Source of the DNA: a virus
IMG/VR virus record: IMGVR_UViG_3300038528_000023
DNA: 34,856 bases
Direction: 5' to 3' (one strand)
A program made the position numbers and the translations under genes. Below, piece by piece: positions 6,886-15,832 of this stretch; the stretch's first letter is position 1, and every line of letters begins with the position of its first letter. The notes below the pieces were generated by a model, which ran no database searches, was not told the DNA's origin, and was given only the letters and a program-made list of their open reading frames with translations.

Positions 6886-9594
6886 ATGCAAGACCAGCTA
6901 AGGGCCGACATCCTTCTACGGCTCCAGAGTGACTACGAAGGCCTGGAGCGCGGCAAGTTCCTGCGCCGCCTGCGCTGCCACTCCTGTGGCAAGCGTGAAG
7001 CCTTCGTGGGCACCGACGAACCATGGATGGTGAAGTGCGGGCGTGAGAGCCGTTGCGGTGAACAGCACCACGTAAAGGAGCTGTTCCCGGATCTGTTCGA
7101 CAGCTGGACAGAGCGCTACGCCAGAACCGACCTGAAGCAAGGCGAAAAGCCCACCGGTACCGAAGTGGCCGATGCGTATATGAAGCACGGCCGCGGCTTC
7201 GATCTGGCTGTGGTGAAGGGCTGGTACAACCAGGAAACCTACTGGGATTACGAGCGCAACATCAGCAGCGCCACCGTGCGCTTCCAGATCAACGACCGCG
7301 ACCACTGGGAACGGCTGATCGACAAGCCCCACCGGTTCGGCAAAATGAAAGCCCACTTCAACCGGGGCGCCAACTTCAAAGGCCTGGCCTGGGCACCGCC
7401 CGGGCTGGACCTTTCCCAGGGCAAAGAGCTCTGGGTGGTGGAAGGCATCTTCGATGCGATCGCCTTGTGCCACGCCGGCATACCCGCCGTGGCCGCGTTC
7501 AGCTGCAACAACTACCCGGATAAGTTCCTGGACACCCTGACAGCCACCCGGGAAGAAGCGGGCCAAGACATGCCCCGCATCATCTGGGCCATGGACGGTG
7601 ACGAAGCCGGTGTTCGCTACATTGGCAAGTTTGCCAACATCGCCCGGTCACAGGGCCTGAAGGTAGGCGCTGCGGTTATCCCCCAGGAAGGCAAGTTCAA
7701 GCGTGACTGGAACGACGCCTGGCAGCGAGGCGAGCTGGTCAACGAACACGGCGAGCCGACCACCGACGAATTCCTTTACCAGGGCGACCTGGTCATTGCC
7801 CGCAGCGCTGGCGAGAAAGCCAACCGCATCTACACGCACACCAACCGGAAAGAATTCCCTTTCGGGTTCAACAACCGCCTGTTCTGGTTCAAGTTGAACA
7901 TGGACGAATTCCACAAGGCGATGAGCGACCTGGAGGAAAGCGACGAGCCGCTGACGGACAAGCAGATCGTTACCCGGGCCCTGGAACAGTGCAACGCGGT
8001 CATCGAGATCGCCAACTGCTACCCCACCGCCCTGTATTACCTGGCCAACAAGATCACCGATGAAAGCTGGTACTACTACCGTGTGGATTTCCCGCACGAC
8101 GGGCGGCCGGTTAAGAACACCTTTAGTGGCGGCCAGCTGGCCAGCGCCAGCGAATTCAAGAAGCGCCTGCTGGGCGTAGCGCCCGGTGCCGTGTGGACCG
8201 GTTCCAGCCATCAGCTGGACCGCCTGCTGAAGCAGCAAATCTCCGGCATTAAAACTGTCGAGACCATCGATTTCATCGGCTACAGCAAAGAGCACGAAAC
8301 CTGGGTATTCCCGGAACTGGCCGTTCACGCCGGGCAGATACACGAGCTGAACAACGAAGACTACTACGACATCGGCCGCATGAGCGTGAAAACGCTGTCG
8401 GAATCGGTAGCCCTGAACATCAACAAGAACTCCGCAGACTACCAGCGCGGCTGGGCTCAGGATCTGGCCAACTGTTTCGGCCCCAAGGGTGTGATCGCCC
8501 TGTCCTACTGGCTGGGCACGCTGTTCGCCGAGCAGATCCGCAAGGCACACAAAAGCTTTCCCTTCATCGAGATTGTGGGCGAAGCCGGCTCCGGTAAATC
8601 CACGTTGATCGAATTCCTCTGGAAGCTGGTTGGCCGTCAGGATTACGAAGGCTTCGACCCCAGCAAGGCCACTCTGGCCGCCCGTGCCCGTAACTTCGCC
8701 CAGGTCTCCAACTTGCCGGTGGTGCTGATCGAGTCCGACCGGGATCAGGACGGCGCCGGCGGAAAACAAAAGCAGTTCGACTGGGACGAACTGAAAACCG
8801 CCTATAACGGCCGTAGCGTGCGCAGCCGTGGCCAGAAAAACGGCGGCAATGACACCTACGAGCCGCCCTTTCGTGGCGCCATTGTGATCAGCCAGAACGC
8901 CCAGGTGAACGCCAGCGATGCCGTGCTGCAGCGCATCGTGCACCTGAACGTCACCCGCGAAAACCACAACGAAACCACCAAGGCCCTGGCCGAGAAGCTG
9001 GAGCGCACGCCCATGGAAAAGGTCAGCGGCTTCGTGCTGCAGGCCACCGCCGGCGAATCTAAGGTAATGCGCCTGGTGACTGAGCGCGCACCCCAGTACG
9101 AAAAAGCCCTGGCCGAGATGCCCGACATCCGCATCCACCGGATTGCGAAAAACCACGGGCAGCTTCTGGCCCTGGTGGATTGCCTGGGGCCGGATGGCCT
9201 GAAGCTGCTGCCCGAATCCTACCTTGAGCCAGCGCGGGAGATGGTTCAGGAAATGGCCCTGGAGCGCCAAACGTCCGTGAATGCGGACCACCCGATGGTG
9301 CAGGAGTTCTGGGAAGCGGTTGACTACATCGAGGGGCTGAACAGCTACCCGGTGCTGAACCACTACGGTGACGAAGCCAAGCTGATCGCCGTCAACCTGA
9401 AGCACTTCGAGCATGTGTGTGCAGAAGAGAAGCTGCGCATACCACCGATGAGCGAGCTAAAGCGCCACCTGAAAACATCGCGCAGCCGCAAGTTCATCGA
9501 ATCCAGCCGCACCGTCCGTTCCGTGATTCGCAGCCAGGGCAACAGTCTTGGCAGCTACAGCGTGCGGTGCTGGATCTTTGAGAAAGAGCTGTGA
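6886..9594 (+). CDS. Replication protein: Zn-finger + Toprim primase + P-loop helicase (P4 alpha / D5-like architecture)
   Basis: Cys cluster CHSCGK...CGRESRCGEQHH. Toprim motifs WVVEGIFDAIAL and AMDGDEAG. Walker A is GEAGSGKST and Walker B is VVLIESD. Confidence 0.8.
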   Translation: MQDQLRADILLRLQSDYEGLERGKFLRRLRCHSCGKREAFVGTDEPWMVKCGRESRCGEQHHVKELFPDLFDSWTERYARTDLKQGEKPTGTEVADAYMKHGRGFDLAVVKGWYNQETYWDYERNISSATVRFQINDRDHWERLIDKPHRFGKMKAHFNRGANFKGLAWAPPGLDLSQGKELWVVEGIFDAIALCHAGIPAVAAFSCNNYPDKFLDTLTATREEAGQDMPRIIWAMDGDEAGVRYIGKFANIARSQGLKVGAAVIPQEGKFKRDWNDAWQRGELVNEHGEPTTDEFLYQGDLVIARSAGEKANRIYTHTNRKEFPFGFNNRLFWFKLNMDEFHKAMSDLEESDEPLTDKQIVTRALEQCNAVIEIANCYPTALYYLANKITDESWYYYRVDFPHDGRPVKNTFSGGQLASASEFKKRLLGVAPGAVWTGSSHQLDRLLKQQISGIKTVETIDFIGYSKEHETWVFPELAVHAGQIHELNNEDYYDIGRMSVKTLSESVALNINKNSADYQRGWAQDLANCFGPKGVIALSYWLGTLFAEQIRKAHKSFPFIEIVGEAGSGKSTLIEFLWKLVGRQDYEGFDPSKATLAARARNFAQVSNLPVVLIESDRDQDGAGGKQKQFDWDELKTAYNGRSVRSRGQKNGGNDTYEPPFRGAIVISQNAQVNASDAVLQRIVHLNVTRENHNETTKALAEKLERTPMEKVSGFVLQATAGESKVMRLVTERAPQYEKALAEMPDIRIHRIAKNHGQLLALVDCLGPDGLKLLPESYLEPAREMVQEMALERQTSVNADHPMVQEFWEAVDYIEGLNSYPVLNHYGDEAKLIAVNLKHFEHVCAEEKLRIPPMSELKRHLKTSRSRKFIESSRTVRSVIRSQGNSLGSYSVRCWIFEKEL

Positions 9595-9608
9595 GGGAGG
9601 AAACCACC

Positions 9609-10091
9609 GTGGAACACACCTTCGACCAGGCCGCCGCCCTGCTGGACACCGGCCGCAACACACTGGCCCGCGAGCTTCGCAGGCTGAAGATGCTGGACAA
9701 ACACAACATGCCCGCCGGACCGTTCCGCGGGAAAGGCATATTCGTGGTGAAGACCGGCACCTATGAGCACCCAACCAGGGGCAAAACGCCCTACACCAAA
9801 ACCCTGATCACCGACCGGGGCCTGGAACTGATCCGGTACCGGCTACCGCCCAAAGAGGAAGCGCCCATGAACAACGAACCTGCAGATCAACCCACCGGCC
9901 GCGTGCACGACCTTGGAGAGCTGACCGTGATCAACGAAGACCACGGCCGCTGCCACCACCGCGTGGCCATGGTGGTGGTGTTCGATTCCCCCGAGCAAGC
10001 CCAGGCCTGCGTGAAAGCCGGATCCGTTCGCCTGGTCCCGGCCATGGACCTGAACCCGGACGCCACGGAGGCCCTGCGCCATGGCGGATAA
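9609..10091 (+). CDS. KilA-C/antirepressor-like DNA-binding protein
   Basis: The GTG at 9609 is preceded by a GGGAGG Shine-Dalgarno; the track ORF starts at GTG 9591. AALLDTGRNTLARELRRLKML...GKGIFVVKTGTYEHPTRGKTPYTKTLITDRGLELI fits the KilAC pattern. Confidence 0.5.
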   Translation: MEHTFDQAAALLDTGRNTLARELRRLKMLDKHNMPAGPFRGKGIFVVKTGTYEHPTRGKTPYTKTLITDRGLELIRYRLPPKEEAPMNNEPADQPTGRVHDLGELTVINEDHGRCHHRVAMVVVFDSPEQAQACVKAGSVRLVPAMDLNPDATEALRHGG

Positions 10092-10299
10092 AGCCGATAT
10101 CGCCGGGGACTACATAGAACAGTCCCTGGAACTAGCCCTGGCGAACCAGCGCAACAAGGCCACGGCCGCCAGTAACGACCCGTACTGCGAAGAGTGCGGT
10201 ACCGAGACCCCCGCCAAGCGGCGGGAAGCACTGCCCGGCTGTGCCACCTGCGTGGATTGCCAGCAGCTGCTCGAAGTGAAGACGCGGAATTACCGATAA
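10081..10299 (+). CDS. TraR/DksA-type C4 zinc-finger protein
   Basis: CEECGTETPAKRREALPGCATCVDCQ is the TraR/DksA C4 motif. Small proteins of this type occur in P2-like early operons. Confidence 0.7.
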   Translation: MADKADIAGDYIEQSLELALANQRNKATAASNDPYCEECGTETPAKRREALPGCATCVDCQQLLEVKTRNYR

Positions 10300-10330
10300 A
10301 TACAGGCCGGAAGGCCAGACGGAGAAGAAT

Positions 10331-10705
10331 ATGAATACGCTGACGCTAACCGAAGATCAGATGACCGAGAACCTGCACCTGGCATTAGAGGAAATCTTCA
10401 TGCAGGGCATGATCCTGAACCGCAGAAAGATCGTTCAGGCACACGTTAATTTTCATGGGCACACCTCTGCTGCTGATGTGCGGATCATGCCGGTGAACAC
10501 GGTGTGGCTCGAGGGCTTCGAATTGCCAGAACCATTGGGCGGTCTGGATATCCGCCTGTATTTCTATGAGTTTATGGACCTGACGCAGATGCACGAGGAC
10601 TACCGCGAGCGGATGGCCAGGCTGGAAACCTTCATCCGCTACCTGGATCACCTGATTACCATGAACAAACCCATCGAAGTCGAGCTGAAGGAGACTGCGG
10701 CATGA
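10331..10705 (+). CDS. Hypothetical protein
   Basis: 124 aa with a GGAGAAG Shine-Dalgarno, in a co-directional early operon. No motif recognised. Confidence 0.55.
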   Translation: MNTLTLTEDQMTENLHLALEEIFMQGMILNRRKIVQAHVNFHGHTSAADVRIMPVNTVWLEGFELPEPLGGLDIRLYFYEFMDLTQMHEDYRERMARLETFIRYLDHLITMNKPIEVELKETAA

Positions 10706-11022
10706 GCATCCAAGAAGCAACCAGGCAGGACTTCGAAGAAGGGCTTCGGGAAGACGGCATCCGGAAGCCAGTCCGCGCCCCACTCGGGGGCCTGATTGAC
10801 CGGACAGAACAGCAGATGACCGCCCTGATCAACACCAGCGCCAGCGACTGCGCCATCAGCCTGAACACTGATGCCGATCGCGACCCCGCCGGCACCATCC
10901 GAAAGGTACTGAGCGTGCTGCACCTGATGAACTTTCGCGGCATCGAGAAGAAGTCCCACCGCCAGGCCATGCTTCGTGCCGGCCGCAAAGCCCTGGCCGA
11001 AATCGGGGAGATTCCGCAATGA
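10702..11022 (+). CDS. Hypothetical protein
   Basis: 106 aa, start overlapping the upstream stop. No motif recognised. Confidence 0.5.
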   Translation: MSIQEATRQDFEEGLREDGIRKPVRAPLGGLIDRTEQQMTALINTSASDCAISLNTDADRDPAGTIRKVLSVLHLMNFRGIEKKSHRQAMLRAGRKALAEIGEIPQ

Positions 11023-11621
11023 GCCAAAAGCGTAACAACCGCAGAAAGCAGCACAGCGCAATTGCCCGAGACCAGCGCCTGTTTTCCCAGTGCCGATTGT
11101 GGACCTGGGAGGGCATGATCAGCCCCGCCGATGGCCAGCAATACACCACAGCCGAGAAGCGGACACCGTTCGGCTGGATAGATATGGGCCACGATTTGGC
11201 CCAGCAACTGCTAAAACGCCCCCGCAACTGGTCAGTGGCCGTTCGCGCCCTGTGCCGCGCCCCAGACGGAAAAAGCTGGATGGAAAGCCGCCTGTTCGAC
11301 CTGCCTAGCTACAACATCCAGCAGATCGAAGACCTATACCACGAGCTGCGGGCAGACACCCTCAGCGCCCAACGCACCGCCCAGGTGTATGACCTGGGCT
11401 GGATCTGCCAGACCTGGCACGGGAAGAAACCCGAGGATCCGCTGGAGCTCTGGCACTACCAATACGCCCCGGAGGAAGTTATTCGCCAGGTCACCGATAA
11501 CCAGAAAATCATCACCCGAATGGCCGGCCCGGGATTCAGCCAAGTGCGATACGACCGGTGGCAGCAGGTTAACCGAGAATACCTGGAAGACAGAAAGCGG
11601 GTTTCACTGGAGGGTTTATGA
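11019..11621 (+). CDS. Hypothetical protein
   Basis: 200 aa, start overlapping the upstream stop. No recombinase or nuclease motif seen. Confidence 0.55.
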   Translation: MSQKRNNRRKQHSAIARDQRLFSQCRLWTWEGMISPADGQQYTTAEKRTPFGWIDMGHDLAQQLLKRPRNWSVAVRALCRAPDGKSWMESRLFDLPSYNIQQIEDLYHELRADTLSAQRTAQVYDLGWICQTWHGKKPEDPLELWHYQYAPEEVIRQVTDNQKIITRMAGPGFSQVRYDRWQQVNREYLEDRKRVSLEGL

Positions 11622-11947
11622 CCGGCACCCAGAATAACGAATTGGCGAACAGGAAAATGGCTGACCTCAAAGGCGGCCACCTGGCCCGCTCGGCCGCCAT
11701 GCTCTGCCAGGATCCAGCCTTCCAGCTGTACCTCGACCGGGCCCAGAGCGTGAAAGGCAACGTCGAAATTCCGGACGGTACCCACACCGAAGAAGATGCC
11801 CGGGACCTGATCACCACCGCGTGCCAGATAAACAGTCGGGCAGAACTGGATCATAACGTCCGGGCTGCGACCAAGTTCCGGCAGATCAAGGCACACTTTC
11901 AGCGCTGGAAAAGCCGGCAGGACCGGCGGGAGGTGGCAACCCAGTGA
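11618..11947 (+). CDS. Hypothetical protein
   Basis: 109 aa, translationally coupled to its neighbours. No motif recognised. Confidence 0.5.
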   Translation: MTGTQNNELANRKMADLKGGHLARSAAMLCQDPAFQLYLDRAQSVKGNVEIPDGTHTEEDARDLITTACQINSRAELDHNVRAATKFRQIKAHFQRWKSRQDRREVATQ

Positions 11948-12183
11948 GACCGGTCTCCATTCAGACCTTTATCGAGGTGATCTATTGCGACGACAATGAG
12001 CCACCTTCGCTGGCCACCATCCGCCGCCGTTGCCCGGAAATCCCGGGCGCGTTCCGAGACGGCCGGCGCTGGCGAATCGATCTGGATACCTACCTCGAAA
12101 CCATGGAGCGGAGAATCAAAGGTATGCCGGAGAGCCCCCAGGAGCTAGGATTAATCCAAGATCTGGCAGAACAGTTGCAATGA
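11944..12183 (+). CDS. Excisionase/MerR-like HTH small DNA-binding protein
   Basis: GTG start overlapping the upstream stop. ATIRRRCPEIPGAFRDGRRWRIDLDTYLE resembles the excisionase-family HTH (..GRRWRI....L..). It is the last gene of the early operon. Confidence 0.4.
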   Translation: MRPVSIQTFIEVIYCDDNEPPSLATIRRRCPEIPGAFRDGRRWRIDLDTYLETMERRIKGMPESPQELGLIQDLAEQLQ

Positions 12184-12528
12184 CATGGCCCCACCACGCA
12201 GAAAACCTGGCCAGGAGTGGCTTGAGCCACGTCACCGATATGCTTATCTCTATTATATTCAGCATCTTAAAGCCTCTCCCAGCAGAATCCCCCCGCTCAC
12301 AAGCGCACATTCCCCGCCCCAGTAATCAATAACATACGTTAGCGTTGTCGACGTGCTGCCGCCGGTGACTGAGACCAAGACCAGGTATTGCCGCCCGCCA
12401 CACACCATCGCCACGAAGCCAAGGATGGAGTCTTTCTGTTTATGAAAGTGTGGATATTCTGGAGTGATATACGCGTGTGCGGGCGTGCGTGCGGGGCGTG
12501 CTGGCTCAGAATGTTTGGGGGGTTCGGA

Positions 12529-12788
12529 AAAGTGTAACAAACGTAATAAGTGTAATAATTGTATCTATCTATCTGATATTCCTAGAATTAAGTTGTTACA
12601 CTTTAGAAGATAAAAACGTAATGTTGTTACACTATCTAACTGTAGCGGAATGCCTATAGGCACCCTAATAAAATCAACGATGTAACGTTTTCGTTACGTT
12701 TTATTACACTTTAGGTGTAACAGAAAAACCCTATATATATCAGCAGCATAAAAGCCAATATCCGGCCCTGTTACGTTGTTACACTTTT
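12529..12788. repeat. AT-rich iteron array, core TGTTACAC / GTGTAACA (candidate ori or other protein-binding platform)
   Basis: The 11-mer GTTGTTACACT occurs three times (12592-12602, 12623-12633, 12775-12785). The inverse GTGTAAC occurs at 12532-12538 and 12715-12721. Degenerate copies lie at 12550, 12682, 12692, 12704 and 12770. A 12-bp palindrome TGCCTATAGGCA sits at 12651-12662. Confidence 0.7.
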
Positions 12789-12926
12789 CCGAAGCCCCCT
12801 ACTTTCTCAGGCTCCCAGCAACCAACAATCAATGACTTACGTGCGTACCCTTGTTGGTTATCCGTGGGCCTTGAATAATCGCAGTACCAAGAGCCCGCAG
12901 GTGGGGTGGGGTGACCGCGAGCTGTG

Positions 12927-12952
12927 GGCGTGAGCACCCCCGCCGGGGGGCG
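12927..12952. other. Candidate cos core (G/C-rich element downstream of the portal gene)
   Basis: GGCGTGAGCACCCCCGCCGGGGGGCG lies where P2/186 place their G/C-rich 19-nt cohesive ends, just beyond the 3' end of Q. The call rests on position and composition only. Confidence 0.25.
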
Positions 12953-12964
12953 TATGTCGGGCAC

Positions 12965-12989
12965 AAAAAAAGACCACCCGAAGGTGGCC
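12965..12989 (-). terminator. Rho-independent terminator of the Q-P late operon
   Basis: The minus strand reads GGCCACC-TTCG-GGTGGTC followed by T7, 28 nt after the portal stop codon. Confidence 0.8.
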
Positions 12990-13016
12990 AAAGGCTGACG
13001 CAGTCGCCGAAATCTG

Positions 13017-14003
13017 TCAGGTGTCGGGGGAGAGTTCCCCCAGGGTGTAAGGTTTGAACTTGATCACTTCCTTGCCCACGATGTCGTTCATCTCCAACAA
13101 GCGTTCCTGCAGGGGCTCCAGTTCGTTGGCGGCGAAGACGCGGGCCGCCTTCTCTGCGTCACCGAAGCCGGATGTGTTGGTGGGAATTATGCCCATCAGC
13201 TGGGGCGGAACCCGGTGCCCGGCCAGCTGGTCATCGCGGGTGGCATTTTTGATGTTCCAGAAATCATCCTTGGCAGCTACCTCGCTGACCGGGATCACCT
13301 GCAGGCCGTCCTTCTTGCCATTGGGGGCGTAGACGAACAGGTTTTTGAAGTTGCCCGGGCCCTTGCTTTCCTTCAGTGCATTTCTCAGGTTGTCGACATC
13401 ATCCGCGCTCTGGGTGGCGTCCGTCATGTACATCACGAAACCGGCATGGCTTCCGTTCTGGTAGTACTTGCGGCGGAACAGTGTGGCGGATTCGTTCAAC
13501 CAGGCGGACTGAAGCGAGCCCAGATAATCGGGAACACCGTACAGCTCCTGGTCAATGTCTGGCTCCATTAGGTGAACGACGCTCCCCATTGCGAATTCCG
13601 TGTGGTTCATCCAGTCATGAACCCACCAGAAGGATCCGGGCTTCACGCCTCGCCGGCAGTATTTCGCCAGAATCGGCTTCACCTGGATCAGTCGCCCCAT
13701 CCGGTTTTCCAGTTTTTCGCCGTAAAGGTTGCCGAACACCAGGTAATCCATCGCCATGCGCGCGAAGTCTTGCCGGCTCAGGTATTGAGTGGGCTGGAAG
13801 GTTTTCACCAGAATGTTGCGCTTAACCTGCAATGCGCTGCCATGGTGAGCGGTGGATCGGTAGGACTTGGCGAGTGCAGCCATATCGACCGGTGGTTCGT
13901 AGTAATCCTGGCCGGCCATCCAGCAGCCGGTGTAGAGCATGTCGTACCTGTCCATCACCGGTACCGGCTCACCAAAAGTGAACGCTTCAATGCTTTTGCT
14001 CAT
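13017..14003 (-). CDS. Q: Portal protein (P2 gpQ family)
   Basis: 328 aa. MSKSIEAFTFGEPVPVMDRYDMLY...HHGSALQVKRNIL is typical of P2/PBSX-type portals. It is adjacent to the terminase on the same strand. Confidence 0.9.
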   Translation of the reverse strand: MSKSIEAFTFGEPVPVMDRYDMLYTGCWMAGQDYYEPPVDMAALAKSYRSTAHHGSALQVKRNILVKTFQPTQYLSRQDFARMAMDYLVFGNLYGEKLENRMGRLIQVKPILAKYCRRGVKPGSFWWVHDWMNHTEFAMGSVVHLMEPDIDQELYGVPDYLGSLQSAWLNESATLFRRKYYQNGSHAGFVMYMTDATQSADDVDNLRNALKESKGPGNFKNLFVYAPNGKKDGLQVIPVSEVAAKDDFWNIKNATRDDQLAGHRVPPQLMGIIPTNTSGFGDAEKAARVFAANELEPLQERLLEMNDIVGKEVIKFKPYTLGELSPDT

Positions 14004-15766
14004 CAGTAAATCTCCATCATGCTGCCACCCTTTTCGGTGGGCCCTTCGAGGGGTTCATTCGACAACGCGTGCATCACCGCCCATGCCAGATCGGCATGGC
14101 CGGTGTCTTCACTGCGGCCGGACTTGTAGGTGAGCTGTCTCTGTGAATCTGTCATGGCACGTCGAATCGCCATGAAGCTTTGCGCCATATCGCTCCAGCC
14201 GGCATCGAACTGGAGCCGGCCATGGTCGATGATGTTCTGGGTTTTGATCACCAGCCGGGCCTTCACATCCGGCGAGTAGTTGAAACGGGTTACCGACGGG
14301 AAGAACTTTTCCACCAGCTCCGCCACGGCTTCACCCAGGCCGGTAGTGTCCATGCCGATAAACGACACGTTATAGCGTTTGGTCAGTTTGCGTATCTCTT
14401 CTGCCTGGCGCTCGTAATCCAGGCCACGAAGGCGGACCTTCTCCACCACCCGGTGAGGTTTATTGGAGGATTTTGAAGGCAGAACCACCACCAGGCCGGC
14501 GCCGTCGCCATCGTCCCCGCCGCCGGATGGGTCATAGCCCAGCCACACTTCCAGATCACCCAACGGCCTTTCGGCGTATGGCTTTAGTTCGCGCCACTCC
14601 ACCCAGCTGTCGACCATGCAGCGCTGAAGCTTGGCGAGCGGGAACACGGCGTGGGTGTCGTCAACGAACTGGCACATCAGCAGATTTGAGTATTCGTCCG
14701 CGGAGTACTCCATCTGCAGCTGGTCGATATCGAACAGGTCACAGCCGCCGGCGATGGCATCTTCTACCGTCACAATCTGGCGCCACTGCCCATCATCACA
14801 TGCCTTTCCTTCAGCCAGCGCGGCGTGCGATGTGTCGATGGACACCCGCTTATCTTTGGCCCGGCGCTTGTTGAACTGCTCGCCAGTCCAGAACGGATAG
14901 GCTTCGTGGGTGATCGCGGAAGGCGTGGAAATGTAGGTCTGGCTCCACTTCTTGTGCATGGCCATACCGGATGCGACTTTCCGGAACTGCTGGAAGCTCT
15001 GGATCCAGAAGTACTCATCCATGTACAGATCGCCGTGATAGCTCTGGGCTGTTCGCACGTTGGTACCGAGGAAATACAGGGTGGCGCCGTTGGGCAACAC
15101 CAGGGGATCACCGCGCAGTTCAACGCCGGCGGTGTCCTTGACGAACTGAACGATGTACTGCCGGAAAACATGAGCCTGGGCCTTCGACGCACTCAGGAAG
15201 ATCTTGTTCTTACCAGTGTGGAAGGCGTCCACGATCGCTTCGCGGGCAAAGTACCAGGTGGCGCCGATCTGCCGGGACTTCAGAATATTGCGGATCCGGT
15301 GGGTGAGCCCAGCCACCTTCCATTTGTGCTGGTAGTCAAACAGCGATTTATCGAAAGCGCTGGTCAGCTCTTCCAGCCCTTCATCGCCGATATCGTTCTT
15401 GGCCTTTCGCGGTGCCTTGTTGCGCTCCTGGATGTTCGGGTTCAGGTCTGATTCGCGCCCGGACTCTTCGTATTTATGCACCCTGGCCAGCCGTTCGATC
15501 TGCCGGCCCAACAAGTCAATTTCCTTGAAGTCCTTCCCCTCTTTTTCATCCTTGAACACCAGCTGAACCATGCGGGCTTCCAGCGAGCTCTCCACCCGCT
15601 GGATCGGCCCGGCTTCGTCCCAGCTGAACCGCTTTTTCCAGTTGTGAAACAGCTGAGGACTGATGCCCAGTTCATCGGCAATGCGCTGCGCTCGCCATCC
15701 CATCCAGTAGAGGGTGCGTGCCTTCACAAAGTGATCGCGGTAATCCGATTCGACAGTCTTATCCAT
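14003..15766 (-). CDS. P: Terminase large (ATPase) subunit (P2 gpP family)
   Basis: 587 aa with an N-terminal HTH-like segment. Terminase core motifs include RQIGATWYFAREA and DLYMDEYFW. The gene order Q-P is divergent from O-N-M. Confidence 0.9.
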   Translation of the reverse strand: MDKTVESDYRDHFVKARTLYWMGWRAQRIADELGISPQLFHNWKKRFSWDEAGPIQRVESSLEARMVQLVFKDEKEGKDFKEIDLLGRQIERLARVHKYEESGRESDLNPNIQERNKAPRKAKNDIGDEGLEELTSAFDKSLFDYQHKWKVAGLTHRIRNILKSRQIGATWYFAREAIVDAFHTGKNKIFLSASKAQAHVFRQYIVQFVKDTAGVELRGDPLVLPNGATLYFLGTNVRTAQSYHGDLYMDEYFWIQSFQQFRKVASGMAMHKKWSQTYISTPSAITHEAYPFWTGEQFNKRRAKDKRVSIDTSHAALAEGKACDDGQWRQIVTVEDAIAGGCDLFDIDQLQMEYSADEYSNLLMCQFVDDTHAVFPLAKLQRCMVDSWVEWRELKPYAERPLGDLEVWLGYDPSGGGDDGDGAGLVVVLPSKSSNKPHRVVEKVRLRGLDYERQAEEIRKLTKRYNVSFIGMDTTGLGEAVAELVEKFFPSVTRFNYSPDVKARLVIKTQNIIDHGRLQFDAGWSDMAQSFMAIRRAMTDSQRQLTYKSGRSEDTGHADLAWAVMHALSNEPLEGPTEKGGSMMEIY

Positions 15767-15811
15767 GCCGTCAGCCTAAAGGCTGCGGGAGTGGCGTTAT
15801 CGCATGTTCAT

Positions 15812-15832
15812 TTGTGAGGGGCGGCGTAACAA
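15812..15832. promoter_or_regulatory. TTGT-N13-ACAA dyad in the divergent P/O late promoter region
   Basis: TTGTgaggggcggcgtaACAA lies between the terminase start (15766, minus strand) and the scaffold start (15921, plus strand). Confidence 0.5.

Noticed and set aside
7648-9414. 588-aa minus-strand ORF, and many other long antisense ORFs (e.g. 1193-1729, 6916-7566, 19106-19867, 20568-21227, 31206-32099, 33824-34333)
   Set aside because: They lie fully antisense to genes with clear homology-type motifs in a GC-rich genome. Their translations are low-complexity (Ala/Gly/Arg/Pro/Val-rich) with no recognisable motifs, so they are typical shadow ORFs.
12217-12230. Hairpin GTGGC-TTGA-GCCAC after the last early gene as a terminator
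   Set aside because: The stem is only 5 bp with no adjacent T-run, which is insufficient to call a terminator.
12529-12788. Possibility that the repeat array is a CRISPR array
   Set aside because: The repeat units are only 7-11 bp, occur in both orientations with irregular 10-50 bp spacing, and no cas genes are present. These are iteron or operator-type repeats.
12268-12860. Imperfect direct repeat flanking the iteron array (CTCCCAGCA...AATCAAT.AC.TACGT at about 12275-12340 and about 12812-12845)
   Set aside because: The similarity is patchy (about 17 of 23 in the best block), needs a 35-nt indel, and could be chance. It is too weak to call without statistics.
12184-12900. Search for attP-like features (tRNA 3' fragment, dif-like XerCD site)
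   Set aside because: Only weak partial matches were found: GGTTCGGAA at about 12512 without an acceptor stem, and 6/11 matches to the dif arms. None is convincing by eye, so a proper scan is still needed.
12259-12991. Small ORFs in the non-coding region (12259-12540 minus, 12477-12659 plus, 12779-12991 minus)
   Set aside because: They cross the AT-rich iteron array or the cos-like region, use alternative starts without a Shine-Dalgarno, and have odd composition. This interval is more plausibly regulatory DNA.
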